Part shown: positions 6,937-17,475 of the stretch, piece after piece
Position numbering within the stretch: the stretch's first letter is position 1
Layout: each line of letters begins with the position of its first letter
IMG/VR virus record: IMGVR_UViG_3300017716_002518
Location: 1-24,059 of that record
Source of the DNA: a virus
Lineage: Duplodnaviria > Caudoviricetes
Strand: one strand, 5' to 3'
DNA length: 24,059 nt
The notes under the pieces: generated by a model
The model's input: the letters and a program-made list of their open reading frames with translations, nothing else
The model's database searches: none
Told to the model about the DNA's origin: nothing
Made by a program: the position numbers and the translations under genes

Positions 6937-9900
6937 CTACCATATGCTCCATGGCTCAGCATTCGCTCTTCTTTCTGGAAGTCCAGATGATTTCACAAGT
7001 TCATTAACCGCATTCCTATTTAGAATGTGATTTAAGAATGGTAGCATATGTGCAATTTGTTTAGCATCACCTTGTGTAAAATCGCCTTTTATTAAATGTC
7101 CGCCAGCCTGAGCCATATCCCAGGACATTCCTACTACTGGGCCAAATAGAGCGCCAACTCCTCCATAATTTGCCCTTTTTTGAGCGGTATCTTTCCATAA
7201 GGCCTGACCTGTAGCTTTATTGATATTAGCTAATAAATCCCAAGTTGGTCCTAAAAATCCAGAGTAATCTAATGCTCGCATGGAATTATTGATTAATGTT
7301 TTTTCATCATCAAATGCCGGCTTGCCATTCGACATATTCAATAGTGGCTCAGACATCATAGATAACCCTACAATTGAAGCAAGTCCAATCATATGTTGCG
7401 CATCTGGTCGTTGCATTAATGGAACTGCGTATCGATTAAACGCATTATATGCCCATCCATGAAACATGAATACTACAGATTGCAAAGGGCTTTGCGACCA
7501 GTATGGAGATGCATATTTGCTGCTATTAATAATCGAGTCTTGAACGCCACGTCTAACAGAGTTCGCCATTCGAGTAACAGCATCTGTATCTGACCATTTC
7601 CAATAAAGGGATTGGTAACCATTTTTTCCTTGTTTCCATCCACCGGACTCTTCAAAGTTTCTAATGAAGTTCTCTGCAACTTCTTCAATTTGAATACCGA
7701 TATGAGCCATTTTTTGTTTATCTAATTGCGTGAGAGTTCCTGATTTAAATTTAAATGCAGCATCCATGATACTTGCTTGAACCGTGCTTGCCGCAAGGCG
7801 TTCATTGATATTAGCAATTGAGTTGATACCAAAGAAGTTTCCAGCATAATGTGAGGCGACTTCAGCACCCAAGACAGCGTTATCTAAGAATGAGGATACA
7901 GGTGCGGTGTCCATTGAAGATGAATTAAACATGCGATTACCAAGCACGCTAATTTCAGTATTGACTGCAAGACCCGCATAACCTGCGTTGTTAATCCACG
8001 CCTCTGAACTCTTGCCTTTAAGGTGGCCATTCATCGTTTTAAGAAGCGGAATTAATCCGTTTTTATAAAATGGCATAAGTCCTGACTTCATTATGATGCC
8101 ACCCATGTCAGCCACTTGGTAGGCGACTGTACCGCCCAGTTTAAGTGCTGCTGCGGTGCTTTTAGCCACAGACACTCCAGCTCTTAGGGTTGGGTTTTCA
8201 TGCGCATTAAAGCTTCCCATGTAGGTTTTGTAGGTATCACTCATGAACTTCTTGGCATCACTAAAAGCCTTATCTGATTTTTCTTTTTCATTGTCGCGTT
8301 CTGTTGAGATGGGCTTTTCAAGAATCTTGGCATTGATTACATCGTGTTCTTTTTTAAGCGCCCTAAACACGCCCTCAAAATCTTTTACATTAGAGAGTTC
8401 TGGGAACACGGCTTTGAATCCATAGTTCCTGCCAACAGTTTGCATATAGGCGGTCACGGTCTTTGTAAGGTCATCATAGAATCCAGCTTCCGTATAAACG
8501 TTGGAGGGTATCATCTTGGTACGGCCTTTGAAGTTGTTGGGCATCCCTGAAGTTTCAGGCATTCCACCAATCACTTGCTGCATTAAATCTTGTGGTGAGG
8601 TATTCGTTTCACTTTCATACCATGCGCGAACCTGTTGCCATCTAGCGCGGTCGCTTTCATAGGCTTTGCGCAATTTAATGGGTTCTTCAGGGTCACGAAA
8701 CTTAATTTCATAACCATCGTTTTCATAAAAATGTTCTTTGATTTTTCCTGCAAAAACCTGCTCTTCTAAATCAAATTTTATTTGTTCGTATTTAGGCTTG
8801 CCTTTAGCGGCCTTTAAATCTTGAAGTAAAGCACGCAGTTCATCTCTGTCGTCTTGAGTCAATAAAACTCTGTCCTCCAATAGAATATGGTCATCTGCAT
8901 TATTCAAAAGATTGTTTTCAAGAATGACATTCTGTTTCTTAAGTTTGCTCTGAGCGCTTCTTAGCTGGAAATTTAAATCTTTTAATTCGGGATGTTTTTT
9001 ATCTAGCGATTTTCTGGCTTTAATGGATTGCTTGAGTCCTACAATTGAGTTTTCTAATTCAGTGATAGGTGCTGTCAATTCAACAATACGTTTATCTTGA
9101 GCATGAAGCGCATCGTAGGTGATGTTGTTATAAACGTCCTCACGTTGACGTAGCATGTTCATGTTCTTATTGTGTGGTATGTAGCGCCATGCAGTCCGAG
9201 GGTCTTTAAACAGTGGGCGACCTGTTTGCTGAGCATTGATTTCATTAATATGGTTAAACAAGCCGTGCAACTCGTCAGCCACCACATGAGCTTGTGGCCA
9301 GTCGGATTTGTATCCTTCAATCTCCATAATATTGCGAACTTCAATATCAAATTTACCATTGGTAATCTGACGATTGTTCGTAATGATTTGTCGCATATTC
9401 TTTAATGCGCTTCCAGGATTTGAACCACTGATGCCGTTTGCTTCATGAAATTGTGTGCGGTACATCCGTCTGAAGTTTAAAGATTGTGAACTGAATTGGT
9501 CGGCTATTATTTGGGCGGAATCTGGGGCAGCAATACCTTGCTCGACATCCTTCGTAATGAATGGAGATCCTGCTATACCATTGAACCACTTCTTAACTGA
9601 CATATATGGAGACTTTGCCGCACGCACTGCCGGTGATTCAAGAGCTTTAACACCAAGTGGAGTCATGATTCCCTTTTCAAGGAACTTGCCAAGACCTGGA
9701 ACAGAAAAAAGTCCACCTTTATCCATGCTTTCGTTAACCCATGCTTGGGCAAAATCTACTTCAGCAGCACTTGCTGATGAGCCTGGCAGTGGGAATGCTC
9801 TACGCTTACCAGTGAGAACTCCATCTTTAGTCATCTCTTCACTAATGCCTATTCCTTTGGATATAACAAGACTTGCTGCATTGCGGGTATTCCAAAGATT

Positions 9901-10704
9901 TAGGTTTCGAGAACCCGATGCAATTCCTGCTCCTAGACCAATTAGACTCGTTCCAAATGCGGTATCAACTAAAGATTGTGTAGCGATATCCTCAAGTGTT
10001 CCACCGACTCGGTTTGATTCCATCATTGTGTTTCTGGCAAAAGAATCGAGTGCGATAGCGGGTGCTGTGCGTGCCATGTTCATTAATATGTTTTGACCAA
10101 CTCCTGCATATTTTAATGTGGTTATAGCTGGCAATCCAAATATCGTCATAGGGCTAGCAATCGCACCTGCTCCACCACCTGCGAGTTTTGCCGTCCAGGA
10201 ACCGCCAGCATAATACTTATCCTCTTCCATTTGCTCACGAACTTTTTGTTGTCGTGCAGCCTGGTCTTTTGGGCCATGAGCGCTTGAAATATGACCCCAA
10301 TACTTCATTGGAAATTCTTCCAAAGCATCTGGGTTCATGGCATTCCAGCCTTCAGGAACTTCTTCATGAACTGGGTTTTTGGTTATTGAGTCATACAAAA
10401 ACTGGCCTGTTTGTAATTCAAGGTTGTAGTCATAGAATGTATGGGATGCTGTTTTCCACCATCCTGGCTTACCCTTGTCTTCTTCAAGTAAGCTTGCCCC
10501 AGGAATTGCATTGGCCGTAATTGTTTGTCCAATAGGAGCTGGTTTATTTATAAAGCTTGGAACACCAAGAGGAAATTGGTTTTCAACTTCCGAACTTAAT
10601 TGTTCACCTGCAACTGTGACGGGTGTAAATGGAACGGGCTTTTCAAGACGTGGGTCGTAGTTCGTGTCTTCCTTGTCTTCAACATTCGATATCGTCTTGT
10701 CCAT
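6937..10704 (-). CDS. Large internal virion (ejection) protein, positional analogue of T7 gp16
   Basis: 1255 aa, helical composition, Gly-rich hydrophobic segments; lies between tail tubular B and the fibre. Confidence 0.75.
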   Translation of the reverse strand: MDKTISNVEDKEDTNYDPRLEKPVPFTPVTVAGEQLSSEVENQFPLGVPSFINKPAPIGQTITANAIPGASLLEEDKGKPGWWKTASHTFYDYNLELQTGQFLYDSITKNPVHEEVPEGWNAMNPDALEEFPMKYWGHISSAHGPKDQAARQQKVREQMEEDKYYAGGSWTAKLAGGGAGAIASPMTIFGLPAITTLKYAGVGQNILMNMARTAPAIALDSFARNTMMESNRVGGTLEDIATQSLVDTAFGTSLIGLGAGIASGSRNLNLWNTRNAASLVISKGIGISEEMTKDGVLTGKRRAFPLPGSSASAAEVDFAQAWVNESMDKGGLFSVPGLGKFLEKGIMTPLGVKALESPAVRAAKSPYMSVKKWFNGIAGSPFITKDVEQGIAAPDSAQIIADQFSSQSLNFRRMYRTQFHEANGISGSNPGSALKNMRQIITNNRQITNGKFDIEVRNIMEIEGYKSDWPQAHVVADELHGLFNHINEINAQQTGRPLFKDPRTAWRYIPHNKNMNMLRQREDVYNNITYDALHAQDKRIVELTAPITELENSIVGLKQSIKARKSLDKKHPELKDLNFQLRSAQSKLKKQNVILENNLLNNADDHILLEDRVLLTQDDRDELRALLQDLKAAKGKPKYEQIKFDLEEQVFAGKIKEHFYENDGYEIKFRDPEEPIKLRKAYESDRARWQQVRAWYESETNTSPQDLMQQVIGGMPETSGMPNNFKGRTKMIPSNVYTEAGFYDDLTKTVTAYMQTVGRNYGFKAVFPELSNVKDFEGVFRALKKEHDVINAKILEKPISTERDNEKEKSDKAFSDAKKFMSDTYKTYMGSFNAHENPTLRAGVSVAKSTAAALKLGGTVAYQVADMGGIIMKSGLMPFYKNGLIPLLKTMNGHLKGKSSEAWINNAGYAGLAVNTEISVLGNRMFNSSSMDTAPVSSFLDNAVLGAEVASHYAGNFFGINSIANINERLAASTVQASIMDAAFKFKSGTLTQLDKQKMAHIGIQIEEVAENFIRNFEESGGWKQGKNGYQSLYWKWSDTDAVTRMANSVRRGVQDSIINSSKYASPYWSQSPLQSVVFMFHGWAYNAFNRYAVPLMQRPDAQHMIGLASIVGLSMMSEPLLNMSNGKPAFDDEKTLINNSMRALDYSGFLGPTWDLLANINKATGQALWKDTAQKRANYGGVGALFGPVVGMSWDMAQAGGHLIKGDFTQGDAKQIAHMLPFLNHILNRNAVNELVKSSGLPERRANAEPWSIW

Positions 10705-13103
10705 TATCGAAATCCCCTCCCAACAGAATTAATTGTTTTAGTGTAGGGTGACTCTTCGTTTTGCTGCTCCCTGAATCTTGCGTATTGTGCCAAGAACTCT
10801 TCATGAGAATTTGTATTGGGGTTCAGTCCATTAACTAACATGTAGTTTCTAGCAATCCAATCAGTATTTGGATTGTAGGTTGGGTTCATATTGGTATTGG
10901 TAAATAACCCTTGGAATGGCTCAGTCATGCCCGTATCTTTGTTAACGAGTGCAATATCATAACCACCTGTTAATTCTCCAGTATTAGAGTCAATCCCTTG
11001 CCAAGGATTTGTGATAATCTTAGTTGTGAATTTTTGAACTTCTTCTTTTTTACCAATCTTCCGAACTCTTTCAATCTCAACAGGAGAGCCAGCATCAAAC
11101 TTAGAAATTATTTGTTTATGAGCTGCATACTGTGGATCCTTCAATCCAAGTTCACGAACCGACTTTTTAGCACTTGCATACTCATCAAGACTTGGCCCTT
11201 CTACTACGCGATAACCCCAATCATAATGACCGGCATCGTGCGCTGCGTTCGTTTCTTTAATAGCACCTTTGACTTGCTCGGCAATATCTAATTGCATTAA
11301 GGGAACAGCGCCTTCATCAAGTTTAATCATTTTCTCTGGTGGCAAGAATCCAAAGGTAGCTTTGCCATTAACATGAGACACGCCCCAAGCTTGCTGGAAT
11401 GCTTTATTGGTCATCTTCAAAGCCACATCACTATTGCCACCAACCCACTGCATATTGTCTTTGAACATGCCAAGGTACTCAGAGGCGACACTAGTAGGGT
11501 TATCGATTACATCCGTCTTTGAAATTCCTGCTTGATTGAATGCCCAAGACTGAAGCTTGGCTGCTGTGGGTGCGGCGTCATCCAAATACTCTTTAGTAGC
11601 ACGATTAATTAACTGGGTCTTCTCATCGGACTTGTCAGAATTAATCAGAGTTGCTTTATTAGCAGCAGTTGTTGCATCAAGCCCTTGCTCAATGAAGTGC
11701 TCAAAGGAATGCAGTGTTCCAATTGCATTTTTATTATTAGATGCAATTCCTGCTTTAAACCCTGGCAAATCAGCAAGTCTATTGTAGGACTGCAATGCAT
11801 TCATCATTAAATCTGGATTTCCAGAGGTCGCATAACTTGTAATTTTTTTATTATAAGTAGGCACAGGAACTGTGGCATTAGCAGCTACTTGATAATCGGC
11901 TTCATCTTTAGAAATTGGATGTCCTGATGCTTCAGATGATTTTTGATGCATGTCTGAAAGCATATTGAATGCGCCATCAATTTGCTTTGGTGTGGCACTT
12001 CGCATGGAATCAATGTTTTTCCAATGCGATGCATAAAAATTTGTAGACTGGCCGTCCTTGCTCGATTTACGGAGCTGATTCGAATATTGAATCTGAAGCT
12101 GATTAAACAGCTTTGGTGACTCTTTTAGCTGGGACTGATAGCTTTCCATCTTTTCAGCATTCATCGTTCCTTGTGCAATGTCTACAGCGCCGTTAGATGC
12201 AATTAATGTCTGCTGCTGATTGCCAAGGCTATTTACTCCATTTAGGTACTTAGCTGAGTTACCGCGAACCGTTTCCCATTCGCTCCAACTAACTCCTTCA
12301 GGTTTCGATTTTTCATCAGCAAGACTCGCATACCATTCATCTAGTTTTCCCTCATGACGAGCGGTAATTCCCTTTTGAATCTCTAAGGATGATAGATAAT
12401 TAAGATGAGCTGTTTTTCCAAGAACTTGAGCTTGGCTTGAAGAATAGGTTCCTCCGTTTTTTCCACGAGCAATCATTTCCAGAGAATCTTCAAATAGTTT
12501 TGCAGCCGAATCAAGTTTTCCATCAAGTGCTGCTGTATGAACCTGTTCATTAATGCTTGAAAGAGCTGCATTTGATGATGCTACTGCCTCAGCTTTGTTC
12601 TGGCTTATGACACGCATATTATATTGATGAGTGCTACTTTGCATCTGACCTGTAAACTGATTAGCCAGTGATGCACGTACGTCATTAGGAGCAAGTTTTA
12701 ATATATCACCCAGTCCTTCAGTCATTGTCTTTTGATATTCACTAATAGAGCCCGTCGTAATCTTATTAAGTTTAGACATGTTCTCATTAGCTTTATTAAA
12801 TAAATCATTGGCTTGATTAGTCAACGTAGCTTGTGATTGATTCTGGTATGCGTCTGCATAAGCTTTATCGGCATTTGTGAGTGGTGGCAATATGTCACCA
12901 CTTGGATTTAATCCAGCTTCAATACCGCGTCTCTTGCTCAGCTCCATAGAAGCATTGTTAGAAAGGGATGAGCCTAGCTCACCTAATAAAGTCGGAGTAA
13001 GCGCTGCATTATCGTAGGCTTCTCCAAAGTGCGCAGGTGTTGTAACCAGGTCTGACTTAACTTGTCTTTGCATTGGCTCAACAGTGCCTTCTTGTCTAGC
13101 CAT
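10704..13103 (-). CDS. Internal virion (ejection) protein, positional analogue of T7 gp15
   Basis: 799 aa, Ala/Gln/Ser/Asn-rich helical protein; gene position; TAATG coupling to the next gene. Confidence 0.72.
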   Translation of the reverse strand: MARQEGTVEPMQRQVKSDLVTTPAHFGEAYDNAALTPTLLGELGSSLSNNASMELSKRRGIEAGLNPSGDILPPLTNADKAYADAYQNQSQATLTNQANDLFNKANENMSKLNKITTGSISEYQKTMTEGLGDILKLAPNDVRASLANQFTGQMQSSTHQYNMRVISQNKAEAVASSNAALSSINEQVHTAALDGKLDSAAKLFEDSLEMIARGKNGGTYSSSQAQVLGKTAHLNYLSSLEIQKGITARHEGKLDEWYASLADEKSKPEGVSWSEWETVRGNSAKYLNGVNSLGNQQQTLIASNGAVDIAQGTMNAEKMESYQSQLKESPKLFNQLQIQYSNQLRKSSKDGQSTNFYASHWKNIDSMRSATPKQIDGAFNMLSDMHQKSSEASGHPISKDEADYQVAANATVPVPTYNKKITSYATSGNPDLMMNALQSYNRLADLPGFKAGIASNNKNAIGTLHSFEHFIEQGLDATTAANKATLINSDKSDEKTQLINRATKEYLDDAAPTAAKLQSWAFNQAGISKTDVIDNPTSVASEYLGMFKDNMQWVGGNSDVALKMTNKAFQQAWGVSHVNGKATFGFLPPEKMIKLDEGAVPLMQLDIAEQVKGAIKETNAAHDAGHYDWGYRVVEGPSLDEYASAKKSVRELGLKDPQYAAHKQIISKFDAGSPVEIERVRKIGKKEEVQKFTTKIITNPWQGIDSNTGELTGGYDIALVNKDTGMTEPFQGLFTNTNMNPTYNPNTDWIARNYMLVNGLNPNTNSHEEFLAQYARFREQQNEESPYTKTINSVGRGFR

Positions 13104-13105
13104 GC

Positions 13106-13630
13106 TTATACTCCCCAGTTAAATGATTTAGCGCCTGAATTAGCACCTGCATTATTAGTGCTTGTTTTTTTCTCGGTAGGCGGTAAAAGAGAAGTTATAG
13201 GAATTGTATTAAAAATATCCTTCAACAGGCTTTGACCTAATTGTGTCTCTGATTGCGCAGTGTGTAATCCTGAAAGGATATGACCTGCACGAAGTTCGGA
13301 TTCTTTAGCAAGCAAATTCATGCGCCGTGTTCGCTCATCATCAGCAAAGTTATGTGCAGTCTCATTGATTCCCGCAACACTCGATGCCCCACGATTACCA
13401 CGAGCTGCATTAACCGCAATTTGAGAGCTTATATTTTGACGAACATCTTTCATTTCAGCTAAAGACCCTTGCGCGCTCTCAAGCTTTATGGCTTCCATAT
13501 TTGTTGAAAATTGTGCATTCTCAAGTTTTCTGCCAAGCTCTATAGTCTTTTGTTGGGATTTTGCGCCAAAGAAACTAGTCACCAATCCTGCTGCTTGCAT
13601 AGATAGTAAAAAGGCTGACATTGGATCCAT
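13106..13630 (-). CDS. Small internal virion protein, analogue of T7 gp14
   Basis: MDPMS plus hydrophobic Ala/Gly N-terminus, Q..V.AARG..G.SS motif; immediately after tail tubular B. Confidence 0.75.
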   Translation of the reverse strand: MDPMSAFLLSMQAAGLVTSFFGAKSQQKTIELGRKLENAQFSTNMEAIKLESAQGSLAEMKDVRQNISSQIAVNAARGNRGASSVAGINETAHNFADDERTRRMNLLAKESELRAGHILSGLHTAQSETQLGQSLLKDIFNTIPITSLLPPTEKKTSTNNAGANSGAKSFNWGV

Positions 13631-13642
13631 ATTAAACTCCCT

Positions 13643-16165
13643 TTAAATATCAACTTTGTAGAATATACCAGTCAATTTAATATCAAATGGCTCGGAATGA
13701 TTAATTGTAAAATTTGGATAATCAAAATCATCCCATCCTCCAAAGACAGATATTTCAAATCTTCCAGTAACTGGAACCGGAGGTGAACCGGGGGGATTGT
13801 TTATTAAATTTTTCATTGCAATTGGTATCACATTTGGGCCTTGAGTTATAGTACCACCGATCGTATCTGCAAATAAAAACGTAGCATAACGCGTATGTTT
13901 TGTATCTACTAAATTTGATGTCCTTGGATGTCCTCCAGCAGGAATGGATAGTGGTAATGGCGTTACTTCAAAATTAATTGGAAAACCATATTGTGCCTCT
14001 GATACCGTTACTGCAGAACCATGCGCATTGAATTCAACAACGCCACCTATAACATCGTCCTCAAAGCCAAACCCATCGCCTTGCAATTTTATGCTTTGAG
14101 CATTAAAACGTGTTTGACCAGATATACTGGTTACAGGTGTTCCACTATAAAATCCAGCACAATCAACTTTTGCTTCAAAACTCAATTGCTCTATGAATAA
14201 TTTAGTCGTAAGGGGATATGCTACAACTGTAGCTGCTGTTCCAAAGTCAGTTATTACCAACGCATTTTCAAGAGCATCCGCATCTTCTTTGGTAGGGTAC
14301 ACATTAAATGTATTAGCGGTAACGCCAATTGCCCAATAGAATTGTGTGGTTACAATTTGTGGTGTCGTTACTGGAAGTGGTGCTCCTGTAAATGTACAGG
14401 CCGTGGGTATTGTTGTTGAGAAATTACTTCCTACTGCTGTAAGAGTTGATGCGGTTGATGCGGTTAGTGCTATACCTGCAACCGCAACACCTAGTTGTCT
14501 TTCAATAATAAACCATGCTCTGCCATCTGAGTTTGAAGTAACCCATCTGAAATACGCATTACCATAGTATTGCTCCATGACAGCTGGTGTAAACCCAGAC
14601 ACGTCTTCAGCAATAAGCGTTTGGTATATGGCAAGCGTTCCATCCGCATTGACGATAAACATATATCGAGAGCCAGCGCGTGACTTATCGACATACTCAG
14701 ATTCATCGGTTGGTGTTCGAAGCAATTGCTCATTAGCAATTGATATGATGCTTGAGGTATACGCGTTGTTAAATCCATCCCAAAGAAGGCTATGGGCATC
14801 GTTACCCGACAAGACGATAATCTGATTATCAATCCCGCGTGGCTGAACGTTATCAGCAGGCGTTGAATCCTGAAGGCTTAGCGAAAAGTTCTTAGGCGTA
14901 ATTGCTGTTTCCACTGATAGCGGAGTCGAATATACGCCTGAGTTGGTGTGTATAGTCAAGCTTCGATATGGAACAATAAACTGAATGTAGTTTACAGTAT
15001 CAGATGTTGGAGTCCATGTAATAGCATCATCGTCAAGCCCTTCAAGTCCATCAAAATTATTGAACTCATTAATAACAGATGCCCATAGGCTGTTAGAAAG
15101 CAAATCGGTATTTGCAAAAAATGCTCTATTTTGAAATGATGAGCACTTCCTTGGATATCCGCGAGCAGCACTCCAGGCAGGTTCAGCAATAAGGGAGTCA
15201 GTTCCTGGAATGGCTGCAAGTGAGTTGAATGGAACCACAATATTAACGGTGGCCTGGTTCGTTCCATTGGTTGCAATGATTCTACAAATCCCGCCATTTC
15301 CACTAAATAAGCCGCCAACGTATCCAGCTACAAAGTTAAACGCCCCTGCGGTTCTTGTAATGAGAATGCTATACCCAGTCACTGCCGCTGGAGTAAATGA
15401 AGACGTTGAATAACCGCCCGTGAAGTCATGGACTGGAAGGTTTGTAAAAGGTACGTTTGCAAATGACCAAGTGTTTAGAATGAATATATTATTAGCGCCA
15501 GCACCTGCTGAACCTATGGTGTAATACCCTGTATTGGCAGCCGCTTCTTCAGCGGATGAATAGATTCGAACAGCGTTAGCGCCTGTTGCTCTTACGAAGT
15601 ATGTTCTATTGGCATGAATCTGTGGGGTGGTAACTGGAAGTGAGACAGCCGTTGTAAAGCGAGCTGGCCAGAATCCATTTACTGTAAGTGCGTTTGTTAC
15701 GGTTAATGTATCGGCGGTAAATCCGGTAATAAGGTTTGCCGCATTTGCCGAGCGAGTTAAATCTTTAGGCGCATAAATGCCCGTAGTTACCCGAAACAAA
15801 TTCTCTAGGATGGTATGGTCGATAAGACGAACTTCATCAGCCAATATTCCAGTAGCGGCAACGGTTGCTATTAAATATCCCTCAAGGTAAATAGCAATGT
15901 TATCTCCATAGAACAATACGAGATAACAGCACTCGTTTAAGTATGGAAAGGCTTTGAAATAAATCTTACTGTAGTCTGTAACCGCTGTAATGTCGTTTAG
16001 ATAAAGTGTTCCAAACCTTTTTCCAGCAGCACCCTGAGGATAGCAAATCACATTCTTAGCAGTCTTCAATGCCTGATAGTAAGCATTTAAGGTAATGCGA
16101 GAATACATGAGTGGCGAAAGCTCACCCTTACCAAAGAAATCTTGTGACCATAACGTGTCTGTCAT
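13643..16165 (-). CDS. Tail tubular protein B / nozzle (T7 gp12-like)
   Basis: Characteristic F..GELSP...R..L..Y......N....QG...KR.GT N-terminus; WS..RGYP....FQNR..FA beta-propeller motifs; 840 aa. Confidence 0.92.
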   Translation of the reverse strand: MTDTLWSQDFFGKGELSPLMYSRITLNAYYQALKTAKNVICYPQGAAGKRFGTLYLNDITAVTDYSKIYFKAFPYLNECCYLVLFYGDNIAIYLEGYLIATVAATGILADEVRLIDHTILENLFRVTTGIYAPKDLTRSANAANLITGFTADTLTVTNALTVNGFWPARFTTAVSLPVTTPQIHANRTYFVRATGANAVRIYSSAEEAAANTGYYTIGSAGAGANNIFILNTWSFANVPFTNLPVHDFTGGYSTSSFTPAAVTGYSILITRTAGAFNFVAGYVGGLFSGNGGICRIIATNGTNQATVNIVVPFNSLAAIPGTDSLIAEPAWSAARGYPRKCSSFQNRAFFANTDLLSNSLWASVINEFNNFDGLEGLDDDAITWTPTSDTVNYIQFIVPYRSLTIHTNSGVYSTPLSVETAITPKNFSLSLQDSTPADNVQPRGIDNQIIVLSGNDAHSLLWDGFNNAYTSSIISIANEQLLRTPTDESEYVDKSRAGSRYMFIVNADGTLAIYQTLIAEDVSGFTPAVMEQYYGNAYFRWVTSNSDGRAWFIIERQLGVAVAGIALTASTASTLTAVGSNFSTTIPTACTFTGAPLPVTTPQIVTTQFYWAIGVTANTFNVYPTKEDADALENALVITDFGTAATVVAYPLTTKLFIEQLSFEAKVDCAGFYSGTPVTSISGQTRFNAQSIKLQGDGFGFEDDVIGGVVEFNAHGSAVTVSEAQYGFPINFEVTPLPLSIPAGGHPRTSNLVDTKHTRYATFLFADTIGGTITQGPNVIPIAMKNLINNPPGSPPVPVTGRFEISVFGGWDDFDYPNFTINHSEPFDIKLTGIFYKVDI

Positions 16166-16175
16166 CTTAATCCTT

Positions 16176-16769
16176 TTAAGAACTGACCGAATTTCCTATT
16201 ATAGTACCAAGTTGTCTATTGTTAAGAACAGGGAAGGTTACTTGACTAAAATTAGGTCTATTTTGGGCTTCAACAGCAGCACACATGGCATATGCTGTTA
16301 CTCGTTTAGATTCTATTACTGAGAAGTAAGCTGATTGCTGCGCAGTGGATAATGCAAGATACGCAGCTATCTCAAAAGTAAAATAGTATGTAAAGTGGGC
16401 TGGTAGTTTAGAGATATCAGGAACAAATATATATTCCATAAACCACTCTCCCTGAAACTGTGCATAAATCTTGGAGTTTTCATAAATATCCCAGGTATAA
16501 ATATTTGGATACACTCTTATGGTTTTTAACCATCCAGCGGGTAACAAGTAAATTGTCTTCCAAGGGTCAGGTGGGACTTCAATTGATTCTGATAGTTGCT
16601 GAATCTGTGTAGCAAATCGCCAGTTATTTTGGGATAGAATTGCAGGAAGAAGCATGTCGAAACTTTGTTCTGCTGCGGTAATCATAGAATCTTGATTTGT
16701 TAATGAAACAATAGGAGCGTGTCCAAGCATACATACAGCATTAGATATTATGTTAACCTTTGAAGACAT
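16176..16769 (-). CDS. Tail tubular protein A / adaptor (T7 gp11-like); start re-called at ATG 16769
   Basis: IISNA..MLG..PI.SL, L....WRFA and Y.LP..WL motifs; AGGAG 5 nt upstream of ATG 16769 (the ORF track start at 16793 has no RBS). Confidence 0.9.
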   Translation of the reverse strand: MSSKVNIISNAVCMLGHAPIVSLTNQDSMITAAEQSFDMLLPAILSQNNWRFATQIQQLSESIEVPPDPWKTIYLLPAGWLKTIRVYPNIYTWDIYENSKIYAQFQGEWFMEYIFVPDISKLPAHFTYYFTFEIAAYLALSTAQQSAYFSVIESKRVTAYAMCAAVEAQNRPNFSQVTFPVLNNRQLGTIIGNSVSS

Positions 16770-16787
16770 GCCAACTCCTGTTATAAT
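16760..16787 (+). promoter_or_regulatory. Sigma70-type promoter for the endonuclease gene
   Basis: TTGAAG (16760-16765), 16 nt, then perfect extended -10 TGtTATAAT (16779-16787); predicted start near 16794. Confidence 0.65.
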
Positions 16788-16794
16788 TATCACC

Positions 16795-16865
16795 GCCTAG
16801 CTCGACGGAGCGAAAAGCTGATTCATCATCAGTCTGGCAAATTAATTTCGATGAACCTTGATGAG
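16795..16865 (+). ncRNA. Structured 5-prime leader (three-way junction with possible RBS pairing)
   Basis: Stems GCC.AG/CTGGC, CTC-gacg-GAG and GCTGAT-tcatc-ATCAGT joined by CGAAAA; TTCATCA (16822-16828) is complementary to TGATGAG (16859-16865), which overlaps the RBS. Confidence 0.55.
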
Positions 16866-16871
16866 GTAATT

Positions 16872-17444
16872 ATGTCCATAAAACCATGCTCTGTCCATGG
16901 CTGTAAAAACACAGTAGAACCAAATCGCTTAAAACTAATTTGTGGCACACATAGATGGCGCATGAAGAAATACAACTCTTATGACTTGCCAACTATTACC
17001 CTTCCAGATGGATTTATTAAAGATTGCAAAGTTCATGGTTTGCTCACTACAGAGCAAGTAACCTTTAGGCAATGCAACGGCGCTAATTCGCCAAAATCTA
17101 TATATTGCAAACAATGTTTATCTATTGGTCAAATAAGAAGGAATCGATTAGATCCCGACCGCGTGAAACTTAACCGTAAAAAAACAGTGTTAAAAAAATT
17201 GTTTAATCTTACTTATGATGAGTATCTCTTAATGCTAAAGACTCAACATAATTTGTGCCTTATATGCAACAACCCCGAAAAAGATATAGATAAACGAACG
17301 GGGTTAGTAAGAGCGCTTTCCGTAGACCATTGTCACAATACCGGAAAAGTTCGCGGCCTACTTTGTAGCACATGCAACCTTGGCTTAGGTTACTTTAAAG
17401 ACTCACCCAGTTTACTAAAAAGAGCCATTAAATATATATCTTAA
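16872..17444 (+). CDS. Endonuclease VII-family (His-Me finger) protein, likely a free-standing homing endonuclease (ORF open from 16851)
   Basis: Y..ML..Q...C.IC, LSVDHCHNTGKVRGLLC..CN.GLG.FKD motif; N-terminal Cys/His zinc clusters; GAGG upstream of ATG 16872. Confidence 0.92.
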   Translation: MSIKPCSVHGCKNTVEPNRLKLICGTHRWRMKKYNSYDLPTITLPDGFIKDCKVHGLLTTEQVTFRQCNGANSPKSIYCKQCLSIGQIRRNRLDPDRVKLNRKKTVLKKLFNLTYDEYLLMLKTQHNLCLICNNPEKDIDKRTGLVRALSVDHCHNTGKVRGLLCSTCNLGLGYFKDSPSLLKRAIKYIS

Positions 17445-17475
17445 AAAAGATAGTGCGCCCACATAAGTAGGCGCA
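17443..17475 (-). terminator. Intrinsic terminator after the capsid genes
   Basis: Minus-strand hairpin TGCGCCTAC-ttat-GTGGGCGCA followed by CTATCTTTTTT. Confidence 0.7.

Noticed and set aside
9455-10096. 213-aa plus-strand ORF and the many other short antisense ORFs
   Set aside because: Shadows of long, well-supported minus-strand genes, with no motifs or RBSs.
16811-16866. Hammerhead ribozyme (GAAA...GUC...UUGAUGA)
   Set aside because: Extra bases break the GAAA/stem III register, the core reads UUGAUGA rather than CUGAUGA, and stems I and II do not form convincingly.
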